From contig JAIOZL010000003.1 in the NCBI GenBank assembly GCA_021740645.1, positions 50,179-114,178 of the forward strand: a stretch of 64,000 nucleotides of DNA, given 5' to 3'. Each line of letters begins with the position of its first letter. Position 1 is the first letter of the stretch. Position numbers and translations under genes: made by a program. The stretch comes from Bacteroidales bacterium. Its GTDB lineage: Bacteria; Bacteroidota; Bacteroidia; Bacteroidales; JAADJA01. Shown here piece after piece: positions 51,282-60,318 of this stretch. The notes below the pieces were generated by a model. The model made no database searches and was not told the DNA's origin. It was given only the letters and a program-made list of their open reading frames with translations.

Positions 51282-51308
51282 ATCCATCAGACGTAAAAAA
51301 AGGAACCC
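51282..51308 (-). promoter_or_regulatory. Putative ECF promoter, copy 1 (toward the stand-alone CTD gene)
   Basis: GGGTTCCTTTTTTTACGTCTGATGGAT. Confidence 0.65.
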
Positions 51309-51535
51309 TGTTTTTAAATATTTTTTTACTTTTATTAACTCTGAAAACCCAAAGTCCTGATTTAATGGACGAAACAAGAAGAAATAATTTATCTGAAAAG
51401 CATAAAGAATTAAAAAGGTTCTCAATTTTATTCCAGGATATGCAGGATTTCCATATTCCATAAAAGCCAGGAATGGATATGTATTAGAAAATCCAATAAA
51501 CTTAAAGGTATTTTTCATTCTTCTTTCGGTTTAAT

Positions 51536-51562
51536 GGGTTCCTTTTCCTTTTCTTAATGGAT
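51536..51562 (+). promoter_or_regulatory. Putative ECF promoter, copy 2 (toward the dockerin/cohesin-like gene)
   Basis: GGGTTCCTTTTCCTTTTCTTAATGGAT, 27 nt before ATG 51590. Confidence 0.72.
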
Positions 51563-51589
51563 ATTATTATAAATTAAAAATCTACCGAT

Positions 51590-52813
51590 ATGAAAAATTT
51601 AAGAAATTTATGGCAATTAATTTTATCCGCCACCCTTGTGTTCACATTTAACAGCTCTTTTGCACAGAATTCCATGAACGGCATAGTTATTTATCTTAAT
51701 GCCGAACAAACCCCCCTAGCCAATGTTGATGTCCTGCTTTTGGATATGGAAGGTGAACTTTTACAAACAACATCTTCGAATGAAACAGGTAATTTTTCTT
51801 TTACCGGATTAGAAGCAGGAACGTATAAAGTAACGGCACAATCGGATCAGGAGCCCCTGCCCTTTATCGATCTTCTGGACGTTTCATTGCTTATTGATTA
51901 TTTAAACAATCAGGTGAACTTTACTTCCGTACAAGAAATGCTTGCTAATGTGAACGGGATTTCTGAAGTAGATGAAGCTGATTTAAACTTCCTTTTGGAA
52001 AACTGGTATTTGAATGGGGAGAATTTCCCGGTGGGCAACTGGATTTTTGAAGAGAAGACAGTTTTTGTGGGAGGAAAAGATGGACAAACAACAATAACAG
52101 GAGGATGCGTAGGTGATGTTTCAAGTGATTATGAGCCAGATAAAAGTTCATCAAATCCAATAGCAGATTTTAATGTTGTTGATATCTATCCGAATAGCAC
52201 TATTGAATTAGCAGTTATTACAGATTACGCTCAAATAGTAAAAAACTTTTTTATTGAAATTGATTTTGATCCTTTCTTGTTGAATGAGCTTATCCTCGAA
52301 TCACCCTTACCTGGCCTTAAATATACCATCGAAAATAACCTGATAAGAATAATCTGGGCTGACATAAATGGGAAAGGGCTTGCTTTATGTGATTTAGATA
52401 ATTTAATCACCTTTAAGCTAAGTTCTGGTAATATTACGAACATTAACCCGGATAATTTCGGCTTAACTGAAAATTGCTCCTTTGTTAACGGTGAAAATCA
52501 ATTTGCAAACGACATCGCACTCAAATTTGCAGAGCCGGTGGTCACTTCGAAGCCAAATCATGGGTTTGATATTTATCCGATTCCTTTGTCAGCCAATCCC
52601 ACATTTCAATATGAACTACCCTATGAGGGTAATGTTAACATTGAATTTATAAATACTTACGGACAGACTGCAAACAGAATTTTCCCCGGTCAATCAATAA
52701 AAGGGTATAATCAATTCTCAAGTCATGATCTTGATTTGGCTTCAGGTTATTATATTGCCATGTTGAGACTAAATGGACAGCTTATTGGCAGCAAAAAAGT
52801 AATCGTCCGCTAA
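51590..52813 (+). CDS. T9SS-secreted protein with Cna-B-like, dockerin-like and cohesin-like domains
   Basis: Signal peptide; LANVDVLL..GNFSFTGLEAGTYKV; IDLLDVSLL/ANVNGISEVDEADL; FFIEIDFDP..IRIIWA..LITFKL; IYPIP..ASGYYIAML..KKVIVR. Confidence 0.75.
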   Translation: MKNLRNLWQLILSATLVFTFNSSFAQNSMNGIVIYLNAEQTPLANVDVLLLDMEGELLQTTSSNETGNFSFTGLEAGTYKVTAQSDQEPLPFIDLLDVSLLIDYLNNQVNFTSVQEMLANVNGISEVDEADLNFLLENWYLNGENFPVGNWIFEEKTVFVGGKDGQTTITGGCVGDVSSDYEPDKSSSNPIADFNVVDIYPNSTIELAVITDYAQIVKNFFIEIDFDPFLLNELILESPLPGLKYTIENNLIRIIWADINGKGLALCDLDNLITFKLSSGNITNINPDNFGLTENCSFVNGENQFANDIALKFAEPVVTSKPNHGFDIYPIPLSANPTFQYELPYEGNVNIEFINTYGQTANRIFPGQSIKGYNQFSSHDLDLASGYYIAMLRLNGQLIGSKKVIVR

Positions 52814-52883
52814 TACCATTCTTACATATGGTATTTAAACCCTAAGTGAAAATCTACCAATTAATCTAAAATCAAAGGGGATT

Positions 52884-52939
52884 TCAGGGGAATAAGGAAT
52901 ACAGGAAATTTAATTATCTTGTACCACCTTTTCCCCTGA
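52884..52939 (+). terminator. Long stem-loop downstream of the secreted-protein gene
   Basis: TCAGGGGAA..AAGG..TACAGGA / TCTTGTA..CCTT..TTCCCCTGA; second hairpin AATACCAT/ATGGTATT at 52812-52835. Confidence 0.5.
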
Positions 52940-53005
52940 TCTGTTTTTAGATATTCAAAAATTCGGAAAGGGAATGAATAATTTTGTACCCTGGTAAATT
53001 GAAAT

Positions 53006-56000
53006 TTGAAAATTCATAAAGCTCATATTATTTATCTTTTTACTTTAATCCTGTGCTTCATCAATATTCAGGGATTTATTGCTGTAGCCCAATTTCAAAA
53101 ACTTTTATCATCCAATGCCGCAATTATCACCTTAGAATATGCCGACTCATCTATTATAGATAATGAAGCATACTATAATTCAAAAATTTCGATAATCAAC
53201 TCCTATATAAAACTGGGGGAATTTAGTAAAGCCAGGTCAGAATTAGATCCCATAATTTCTGAAGCAAATAATATAAAGAATTCAAATGGCAAAGTTTGGC
53301 TAATCTTCACTTACCTGGAAGGTGAAATTGATTACAATATGGGTAAATATCTGAATGCAAAAACCAGCTGGGAACAATGTCTTGAAAACATTAAAACCCC
53401 CAACCAGATTTACGACAGTATTATGGTCTTAAGCCTGAAAGGCCTGGGCAATATAGAACTTAAAGCGGGCAATTCAACAGCCGCACTCGAAAATTACTCC
53501 AGGGCGAAAGCAGTGGAATTAAAACGGAATAAAGGCACGGGACCATTATTAGGCTCCTTATATTTAAACATGGCCCTTGCGTTTGAACAGTTAACCGTTT
53601 TTGATTCGGCTGACGTCTATTTTTTAAAATCCATTCAGATCAAAAAAAAATACGCTGAGGACCAAAACTTACTGGCATCATCTTATGCCAATTACAGTAA
53701 TTATTTAATTCAATTTGGTAAAATTAAAAAGGCCCTTTTTTACCTCAACCTTGCCGACAGTTTGTACCGCTCAAAACATGGGGAAAATTTTTACAGGTTG
53801 GCCTATATCTATTTAAACTATGCCAAGGTACATATGCTAAATAACGAATACCGGCAGGCATTGTATTACTATATTAAATCGGAGAATATTTACATGGAAT
53901 ATTTGCCGGAAAACGATAAAAAATTTGAAAGTATAAAATCAGATATTGCATTGTTATATAAATATTTATCGCGATACGAAAAATCTATCGAAATATATAA
54001 TTCACCCACGCTTGCAAAGTCAGACAATCCAATCACACAAGTTGTTTGCCTCAGAAATATAGGGGAATGCCATTTGTTACTTGGAAACACGAAAGAGGCA
54101 GGATACTTTGCCAGGGAAGCCTTAAAAAAATCAATTCTTCTTTTTGGCATAAACCATATTCAGACTGCTACTTGTTATTTAAGTTATTCAAATTATAACT
54201 CAATGATCGGGGATAAAGTAAATGCTGAAAATTGCCTAAATACTGCACTTGGGTTTTTTACAAACTACTTTGGGAAAAACAACCGTGAAGTTACCAATGT
54301 TTACAATTTTTCCAGCAAGAATTATCTGGAATTAAAAACGTATTACAAAGCTGCAACAGCCGCACAAAAGGCAATAATATCAATAACTCCCGGCTTTACA
54401 GATACTTCAATATTTGTAAACCCGGATTTTGGTCTCTTACAGAATGATTACCACGCTATTGCTGCCTTAACTTTAAAAACCAGGGCCCTCGTTGAACTGA
54501 TGCTGGCTCACCCCACCAAACAGGTTTATGCAGTTAAAGCGCTTGAAACAGCATTACTGGGTATTCGCTTGTTCGAAACGTTTAGAACAACACTTGATGA
54601 GGAGAATAGTAAAATGTATACTACTGAAAAGGTCAATACACTTTTTCCGCTTGCTACCTATGCTGCCTGGCAAATTTTCACAAACACAAATAACCCTGAA
54701 TATCTTGACATTGCCTTTCAGCAAGCTGGCAAAAATAAAGCTACAATACTGGCCTCAGGAATGAAGACTGTAAAGGGCCTCGATAAATATATTCCTGAAC
54801 CATTGGCCCGGGAAGAAAAAAACATTAAGCAAGAGTTAAGGGCATTAAACAGCCTTATTCATGAAGAAAATAATAAGGACCAACAAGACAGTGCCAGGAT
54901 AGGTTGGCTCCAAAACAAATTGTTTAACAAATACACTGAGCTTGATAGTTTGATGAAATATATTTCTAAAAATTATCAGAAATATTTTGATTTAACCAAT
55001 ACCTATGATGTCGCATCATTAAAGGATATTGAAAATAGCTTAACTAAAGATGAGGCACTATTGGAATATGTCATGTCCGAAGATTTTCTTTTTCTTTTTG
55101 TTGTTAAAAACAATGAAGTAAAAGTCAGGAAAATTGATTTGGACACTACTTTTAGAAACACTATTAAAACCTACTTATCCTTATTGCATACCCCACCTTC
55201 ATTTGATGTAAGTCCGAAAGAATTAATTCATGAGTATTCATTGATTTCTTATGAAATATATCAAAAGCTTATTGGCCCCGTTGAAAGCCTGATCAAAAAC
55301 AAAGAATTGATTATTATCCCAGACGATGTGCTTGGTTATCTGCCTTTCGAATCATTGATTACGTCCCCTTATAACGAAAGCTTTAAAAATTTCAGAGAAC
55401 TTCCGTATATGGTAAAAGAATACCCCATTTCTTATCATTATTCTTCAAGCCTTTTTCTTAATAGCTTCATAACTAAACTCAACCATTTGATAAATAAAGC
55501 CCTGGTGATGGCACCTTCATATAGGATTAATGGCAGAAATAACGATTCAACCAAATTTGGCCATCTTCCTATTTTAAAATTCACAAAAAACGAAGCCGAA
55601 GTAATTCATCAGCTAGTCGGGGGGAAAATTTATGTTGATTCATCAGCTACAGAAAGAAATTTCAAAAACAATGCTTCAAACTTTTCAATATTGCACCTGG
55701 CTATGCATACTATCCTGGATGATGAAGACCCCATGTCGTCGAAGCTGATTTTTTCACAAAACGATGATCCGAACGAGGACGGTTTATTAAATACTTATGA
55801 GATTTATGACTTAGCATTAGATGCCCGCATGGTTGTGTTAAGCGCCTGTGAAACCGGGTCAGGGACCCTGAGAAAAGGTGAGGGTATTATGAATATGGCA
55901 AGGGGCTTTCTGTTTGCCGGTGTACCCTCATTGCTGATAACCCACTGGAAGGTAAATGATGCCTCTTCATCCCAAATAATGAAAGGATATTATTCATCCC

Positions 56001-56215
56001 TTCAAAAAGGAAAAAGCAAAGCATTACAAGAATCGAAACTAGTATTTATTTCAGGATCTGATCTGGTATTTGCCCATCCATATTATTGGAGTGCTTATGT
56101 AATTATTGGGGATGTAAGCCCTATTAAAGGCAGCAAAATGAAAATGATTATATCCCTTATTGGCCTTGTTTTAATCGGTATAATCACCCTATATTTTCTT
56201 CGGAAAAAATCCTAA
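53006..56215 (+). CDS. Membrane-anchored TPR-CHAT (caspase-like) protease
   Basis: N-terminal hydrophobic segment, many TPRs, LLEY, LIIIPDDVLGYLPFESL, ILHLAMH, LSACETG, GEG, HPYYWSAY, C-terminal TM; TAATTTTG at 52979-52986. Confidence 0.92.
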   Translation: MKIHKAHIIYLFTLILCFINIQGFIAVAQFQKLLSSNAAIITLEYADSSIIDNEAYYNSKISIINSYIKLGEFSKARSELDPIISEANNIKNSNGKVWLIFTYLEGEIDYNMGKYLNAKTSWEQCLENIKTPNQIYDSIMVLSLKGLGNIELKAGNSTAALENYSRAKAVELKRNKGTGPLLGSLYLNMALAFEQLTVFDSADVYFLKSIQIKKKYAEDQNLLASSYANYSNYLIQFGKIKKALFYLNLADSLYRSKHGENFYRLAYIYLNYAKVHMLNNEYRQALYYYIKSENIYMEYLPENDKKFESIKSDIALLYKYLSRYEKSIEIYNSPTLAKSDNPITQVVCLRNIGECHLLLGNTKEAGYFAREALKKSILLFGINHIQTATCYLSYSNYNSMIGDKVNAENCLNTALGFFTNYFGKNNREVTNVYNFSSKNYLELKTYYKAATAAQKAIISITPGFTDTSIFVNPDFGLLQNDYHAIAALTLKTRALVELMLAHPTKQVYAVKALETALLGIRLFETFRTTLDEENSKMYTTEKVNTLFPLATYAAWQIFTNTNNPEYLDIAFQQAGKNKATILASGMKTVKGLDKYIPEPLAREEKNIKQELRALNSLIHEENNKDQQDSARIGWLQNKLFNKYTELDSLMKYISKNYQKYFDLTNTYDVASLKDIENSLTKDEALLEYVMSEDFLFLFVVKNNEVKVRKIDLDTTFRNTIKTYLSLLHTPPSFDVSPKELIHEYSLISYEIYQKLIGPVESLIKNKELIIIPDDVLGYLPFESLITSPYNESFKNFRELPYMVKEYPISYHYSSSLFLNSFITKLNHLINKALVMAPSYRINGRNNDSTKFGHLPILKFTKNEAEVIHQLVGGKIYVDSSATERNFKNNASNFSILHLAMHTILDDEDPMSSKLIFSQNDDPNEDGLLNTYEIYDLALDARMVVLSACETGSGTLRKGEGIMNMARGFLFAGVPSLLITHWKVNDASSSQIMKGYYSSLQKGKSKALQESKLVFISGSDLVFAHPYYWSAYVIIGDVSPIKGSKMKMIISLIGLVLIGIITLYFLRKKS

Positions 56216-56955
56216 TCCAGCTTTTTTAAAATCTCAGAGGACTGCAATGCAAACGGACTTTTGGAAGCTTTAATGCGGCCGAAAATCTCTTTTGCTTCAG
56301 TAACCTTATTTTGTTGCAAATAAGTCAGGGCCAGATACCATTCAGCCTGCTCAATGAATAAATTCGTTTGGTCCATGTAAACATAGTTAAAACTTTGTTC
56401 TGCCATTCTGTAATCATGGAGTTCATAATAACAAATCCCTGTATAGAAATTGGAAACCACTTTATTCTCAAATAATAAAAAGAGTTCAAGGGATTTGGCA
56501 TATTCACCATTATTATATAGGGAAAAAGCCTCATTATTTCCCGATAAGTCCTGGTCTTCAATTGATCTGTAATCGTGAATAGAGTAGGCTGGCTTATAGT
56601 ATTTCTGTGCAATCTGCTCTGGTGCCACTATCTGACCATTAAGAAAAAAGTACAATAGACCTGATGCAATGAGCAGTGCCAGGCTGGCTGCAGCAGCATA
56701 AATATAATATTTCCCTCTTTTTTGATTGTATGGAATTTTGAAAGGGAAGGGATTTTTGGCTGTCCTTCGCTTATTTAAAACATTTCTGATGGTAACAAAA
56801 CCAGCATCGTTGATTGTATTTCTAAGTTCTTCCTGAAAATGAAGTTCCTTTTTAAGGGATTCATTATTCTCAACCTCATTAAGAAAAATTTCATTTTCTT
56901 GTGGCGACATCATTCCACATAGGAAGTTGTCCACACTTTCGGTATATCTTTCCAT
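56212..56955 (-). CDS. Putative anti-sigma factor (N-terminal anti-sigma domain, TM, TPR)
   Basis: VDNFLCGMMSPQENEIF..LKKEL, TM YIYAAAASLALLIASGLLYFFL, YYKPAY..YRS, TPRs (FYTGICY, AEWYLALTYL); ATG 1 nt after the sigma stop. Confidence 0.8.
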   Translation of the reverse strand: MERYTESVDNFLCGMMSPQENEIFLNEVENNESLKKELHFQEELRNTINDAGFVTIRNVLNKRRTAKNPFPFKIPYNQKRGKYYIYAAAASLALLIASGLLYFFLNGQIVAPEQIAQKYYKPAYSIHDYRSIEDQDLSGNNEAFSLYNNGEYAKSLELFLLFENKVVSNFYTGICYYELHDYRMAEQSFNYVYMDQTNLFIEQAEWYLALTYLQQNKVTEAKEIFGRIKASKSPFALQSSEILKKLD

Positions 56956-56956
56956 A

Positions 56957-57541
56957 TTAGTTGTCTTTTGAAAGTTCATTAAATCTTGGGTCACTTTTGA
57001 TACTTTTCATTAATTTTTCCTTGCATTTATACTTTACTTTCTTTGTATAGCTAACACTTTCAATATTTAGAATTTCAGCAATTTCTTTCAAACTTTTCCC
57101 ACCCTCAGAGAGCCTGATCAGCTCTTTACACCTGTCGCCCAACATATCAATATGATCCAGATAAAGTTTTTTTCTTTCCATGGTGTCCATTGATTTTTCA
57201 AAGGATTCAAAATTGATTTCTTTCGCTGATATTTCATTTATAATTCGTTTATAGTTTTTTCGTCGACTAAGCTTTTTGGCCCATATATTTTTACATACTA
57301 CAAAAAAATAAGCTTTAAATCCATCATGTATCTTTACATTTTCATGAACAATTTTTTGATACACAAGTAATAATGCGTCCTGAAAAACATCTTCTGCATC
57401 ATTTGAACTTCCCGAATTATATTTGACATAGCGGTTAATATTTTCAAAATAGGTATCATAAAGGAAATTTATAACCTTTTCGTCTCCCCTTGTAAGTCCC
57501 TCTACAATTTCAATATTTCCTAATTTAATACCCCTTTTCAT
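56957..57541 (-). CDS. ECF-type RNA polymerase sigma factor
   Basis: GDEKVINFLY, DAEDVFQDA, KNIW, region 4 LGDRCKELI..SLKEIAEIL..KYKCKEKL. Confidence 0.92.
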   Translation of the reverse strand: MKRGIKLGNIEIVEGLTRGDEKVINFLYDTYFENINRYVKYNSGSSNDAEDVFQDALLLVYQKIVHENVKIHDGFKAYFFVVCKNIWAKKLSRRKNYKRIINEISAKEINFESFEKSMDTMERKKLYLDHIDMLGDRCKELIRLSEGGKSLKEIAEILNIESVSYTKKVKYKCKEKLMKSIKSDPRFNELSKDN

Positions 57542-57545
57542 AAAA

Positions 57546-57572
57546 ATCCATTGTAAAATGAAAAAGTAACCC
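57546..57572 (-). promoter_or_regulatory. Putative ECF promoter, copy 3 (autoregulatory)
   Basis: GGGTTACTTTTTCATTTTACAATGGAT, 4 nt before the sigma ATG. Confidence 0.72.
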
Positions 57573-57833
57573 CTTTATGCAGATTTTTTATGTAAAAATA
57601 AAATATCAACCTGTGTATGCGGCTAATAGATTGCATACTTAGAAAGTTAACCCCTAAAATAATTATTACAAAATTTGAGTTGCGTTTTTGTACTTAGCGA
57701 AAGTACTAAAAGAGGAGATAACTAAACAAAATAAATAATCGTTCTATCAAATTCGTTATTTATCATACAGGTGAATGATAAAGATTCATTATTAATAACC
57801 TAACTTTTATTCTAAAATATTGTTACCTATTCT

Positions 57834-59942
57834 ATGCACTTTAAATATATAAATTTATATTTCCTTTTAATTTGTTCAATGATTATTCTTCAATCATGCA
57901 ACCAGACTATAACAAGTAAAAATATGTATACCAACGAATTAATAAATGAAAGCAGTCCTTATCTATTACATCATGCCCATAACCCGGTTAACTGGCATCC
58001 GTGGGGGGATAAAGCATTGGACAGGGCAAAGTCAGAAAACAAACTGATGATCATCAGTATTGGGTATGCTGCCTGTCATTGGTGCCACGTAATGGAAAAG
58101 GAATCGTTTTCAGATTCACTTGTTGCAGGGATTATGAATGAATCATATGTTTCGGTAAAGATTGACCGGGAGGAAAGGCCTGATATTGATCAGATCTACA
58201 TGGAGGCAGCCATGATCACCAATGGCTCCGGTGGATGGCCATTAAATATAATTGCCCTGCCTGATGGCCGGCCGGTTTTTGCCGGTACATACTTCCCCAA
58301 AGAAAAGTGGATCGACATTCTTACCCAGGTACAAATGATCTATATGGACAACCCTCAAAAGCTTTTTGATGTGGCCAGCCAGATTACAAGGGGAATCAGT
58401 GACAACGAGCTTTCTGCATTATCTTCTGATGGGTCAGCTTATACAATTGAAAACCTGGAAGGTGGGTTTAATAACTGGATAAAAAATATTGATTTTGACT
58501 GGGGTGGGTACAAACGAGCACCCAAGTTCCCTTTGGCAGCCGGTTTTCGGTTTTTGCTTGAATACCATTATTTAACGAATGACGAAAAAGCTCTCGAAGC
58601 CATTACCATCACACTCGACCGGATGGCCCATGGTGGAATTTACGATCCTATCGGAGGTGGATTTGCACGCTATTCTGTAGATGAATACTGGAAAGTCCCC
58701 CATTTCGAAAAAATGCTTTACGATAATGCCCAACTCATCAGTTTGTATAGCTATGCTTATCAATTAACCAAAGAGCCGCTTTATAAAAAAGTGATTGAAC
58801 AAACTATTGAATTTTCAAACAGGGAACTAAGTGATCCTTCCGGTTTATTCTACTCCTCACTCGATGCAGATAGCGAAGGGAAAGAAGGAAAATTTTATGT
58901 ATGGAAATATGAAGAAGTAAATAAAATACTGGGGGAAGATACAGAACTGTTTGCTGATTATTTTGGACTTGTACAAAATGGAAATTGGGAGGATAATAAA
59001 AATATACTTTTCGCAACAAAATCACTGGAGGAATTTGCCAGACAGAAAAATTTATTACCAACTGATTTAGAAACCAAATTTGATCTTTCGTTAAAAAAGT
59101 TATTCGAAGAAAGGGAAAAACGGATCAGGCCCGGTTTGGATGATAAGTGCATTACGGCCTGGAACGGGCTTATGGTTACTGCATATATTGATGCCTATAA
59201 AGTATTAGGTAATCCCGAATATTTAACTCGGGCAAAAACAGCGATGCAACACATCCTTGAAAAAAACACCGATAAGGATTATCGTTTAAACAGGATTTAT
59301 AAAAATGATAAAGTATCCATTAATGCCTTTTTGGATGATTATGCTTTGGTAATTGAAGCATTAATAGGATTGTATGAAGTTAGTTTTGAAGAGGAATGGC
59401 TTATTCATGCAGAAAAATTTACCGACTATGTTGTTTCTCATTTTTATTCTGAGACGGATAATATGTTCTATTATACTTCAGATACCGACCCACAACTTAT
59501 TGCCCGCAAGATGGAAATTCCCGACAATGTAATTCCTTCTTCAAATTCGGTAATGGCTAACGCGCTTTATAAGCTGGGGTTGCTGTTTGAAAACAATGGG
59601 TTTATTGAAAAATCAAATAAAATGCTTAACCAGGTAAAACAGCAGGTTGAAAAGGGAAGTCCCTATTATGCCAACTGGGGCCGCCTGTACTTTTGGCAAC
59701 TGGATCAATCCTTCGAAGTGGTGATAATGGGAAAGGAAGCATTGCAATTAAGAAAGGAATTCAATAATGAATTTATCCCCTTTGTACTTTTTGCCGGAAG
59801 TGAAAAAGAAGAGTACCTGCCACTTCTGGAAAATAGATATGTAGAAGATCAGACAAGAATTTATGTATGTAAAAACAAAACCTGCAATCTACCGGTAAGT
59901 TTGGTCGAGGAGGCCACAAAGCAACTTATAAAAAATCAATAA
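57834..59942 (+). CDS. Thioredoxin-domain YyaL/SPATA20-like protein
   Basis: [52 protein letters not shown]; N-terminal lipobox-like LQSC. Confidence 0.93.
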   Translation: MHFKYINLYFLLICSMIILQSCNQTITSKNMYTNELINESSPYLLHHAHNPVNWHPWGDKALDRAKSENKLMIISIGYAACHWCHVMEKESFSDSLVAGIMNESYVSVKIDREERPDIDQIYMEAAMITNGSGGWPLNIIALPDGRPVFAGTYFPKEKWIDILTQVQMIYMDNPQKLFDVASQITRGISDNELSALSSDGSAYTIENLEGGFNNWIKNIDFDWGGYKRAPKFPLAAGFRFLLEYHYLTNDEKALEAITITLDRMAHGGIYDPIGGGFARYSVDEYWKVPHFEKMLYDNAQLISLYSYAYQLTKEPLYKKVIEQTIEFSNRELSDPSGLFYSSLDADSEGKEGKFYVWKYEEVNKILGEDTELFADYFGLVQNGNWEDNKNILFATKSLEEFARQKNLLPTDLETKFDLSLKKLFEEREKRIRPGLDDKCITAWNGLMVTAYIDAYKVLGNPEYLTRAKTAMQHILEKNTDKDYRLNRIYKNDKVSINAFLDDYALVIEALIGLYEVSFEEEWLIHAEKFTDYVVSHFYSETDNMFYYTSDTDPQLIARKMEIPDNVIPSSNSVMANALYKLGLLFENNGFIEKSNKMLNQVKQQVEKGSPYYANWGRLYFWQLDQSFEVVIMGKEALQLRKEFNNEFIPFVLFAGSEKEEYLPLLENRYVEDQTRIYVCKNKTCNLPVSLVEEATKQLIKNQ

Positions 59943-60318
59943 GCACTTATGATAGGCTCGGTGGGTTTATTTAAAATACAGGATTTACCTTATTAGCAAT
60001 TTCTAATATTTTTTTCCTCTCTCTCATGCAGGAACCTATGAAATGATAAATTCAAATCATAAACATACCAAAATAAACATTGAATGATGAAGTATAATAG
60101 AGTTTTATAGATCGCTAATCCCAATATTCGACATCCCGTTTTAGGAATCCCTTATTCACCTATCCGTTAACTCGTTGTTATACTTACTGTGTCTTGATTT
60201 AGACTCTGGCCGGTACAAAATCTTAAATTTTTCAAAACAAATACCATTGCTAAATGTTAATTAATAAATACTGTGAAATAGTATTAACTAATTAGTCTTC
60301 CAAATACTCAATTCAAAT

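Noticed and set aside
51243-51518. 91-aa ORF between the CTD gene and the secreted protein
   Set aside because: No protein-like features, and it overlaps one of the promoter motifs in a divergent regulatory region.
53006-57541. Type III-E CRISPR (Craspase) locus
   Set aside because: No gRAMP/Cas7-11, Csx30/31 or array; this CHAT is exported and membrane-anchored, so the link is only an analogy.
57620-57655. Fourth copy of the ECF motif (GGGGTTAACTTT on the minus strand)
   Set aside because: Lacks ATGGAT at the required spacing.
60258-60296. Imperfect palindrome upstream of the SDR gene as an operator
   Set aside because: Almost all A/T, so likely by chance, and no adjacent regulator gene.
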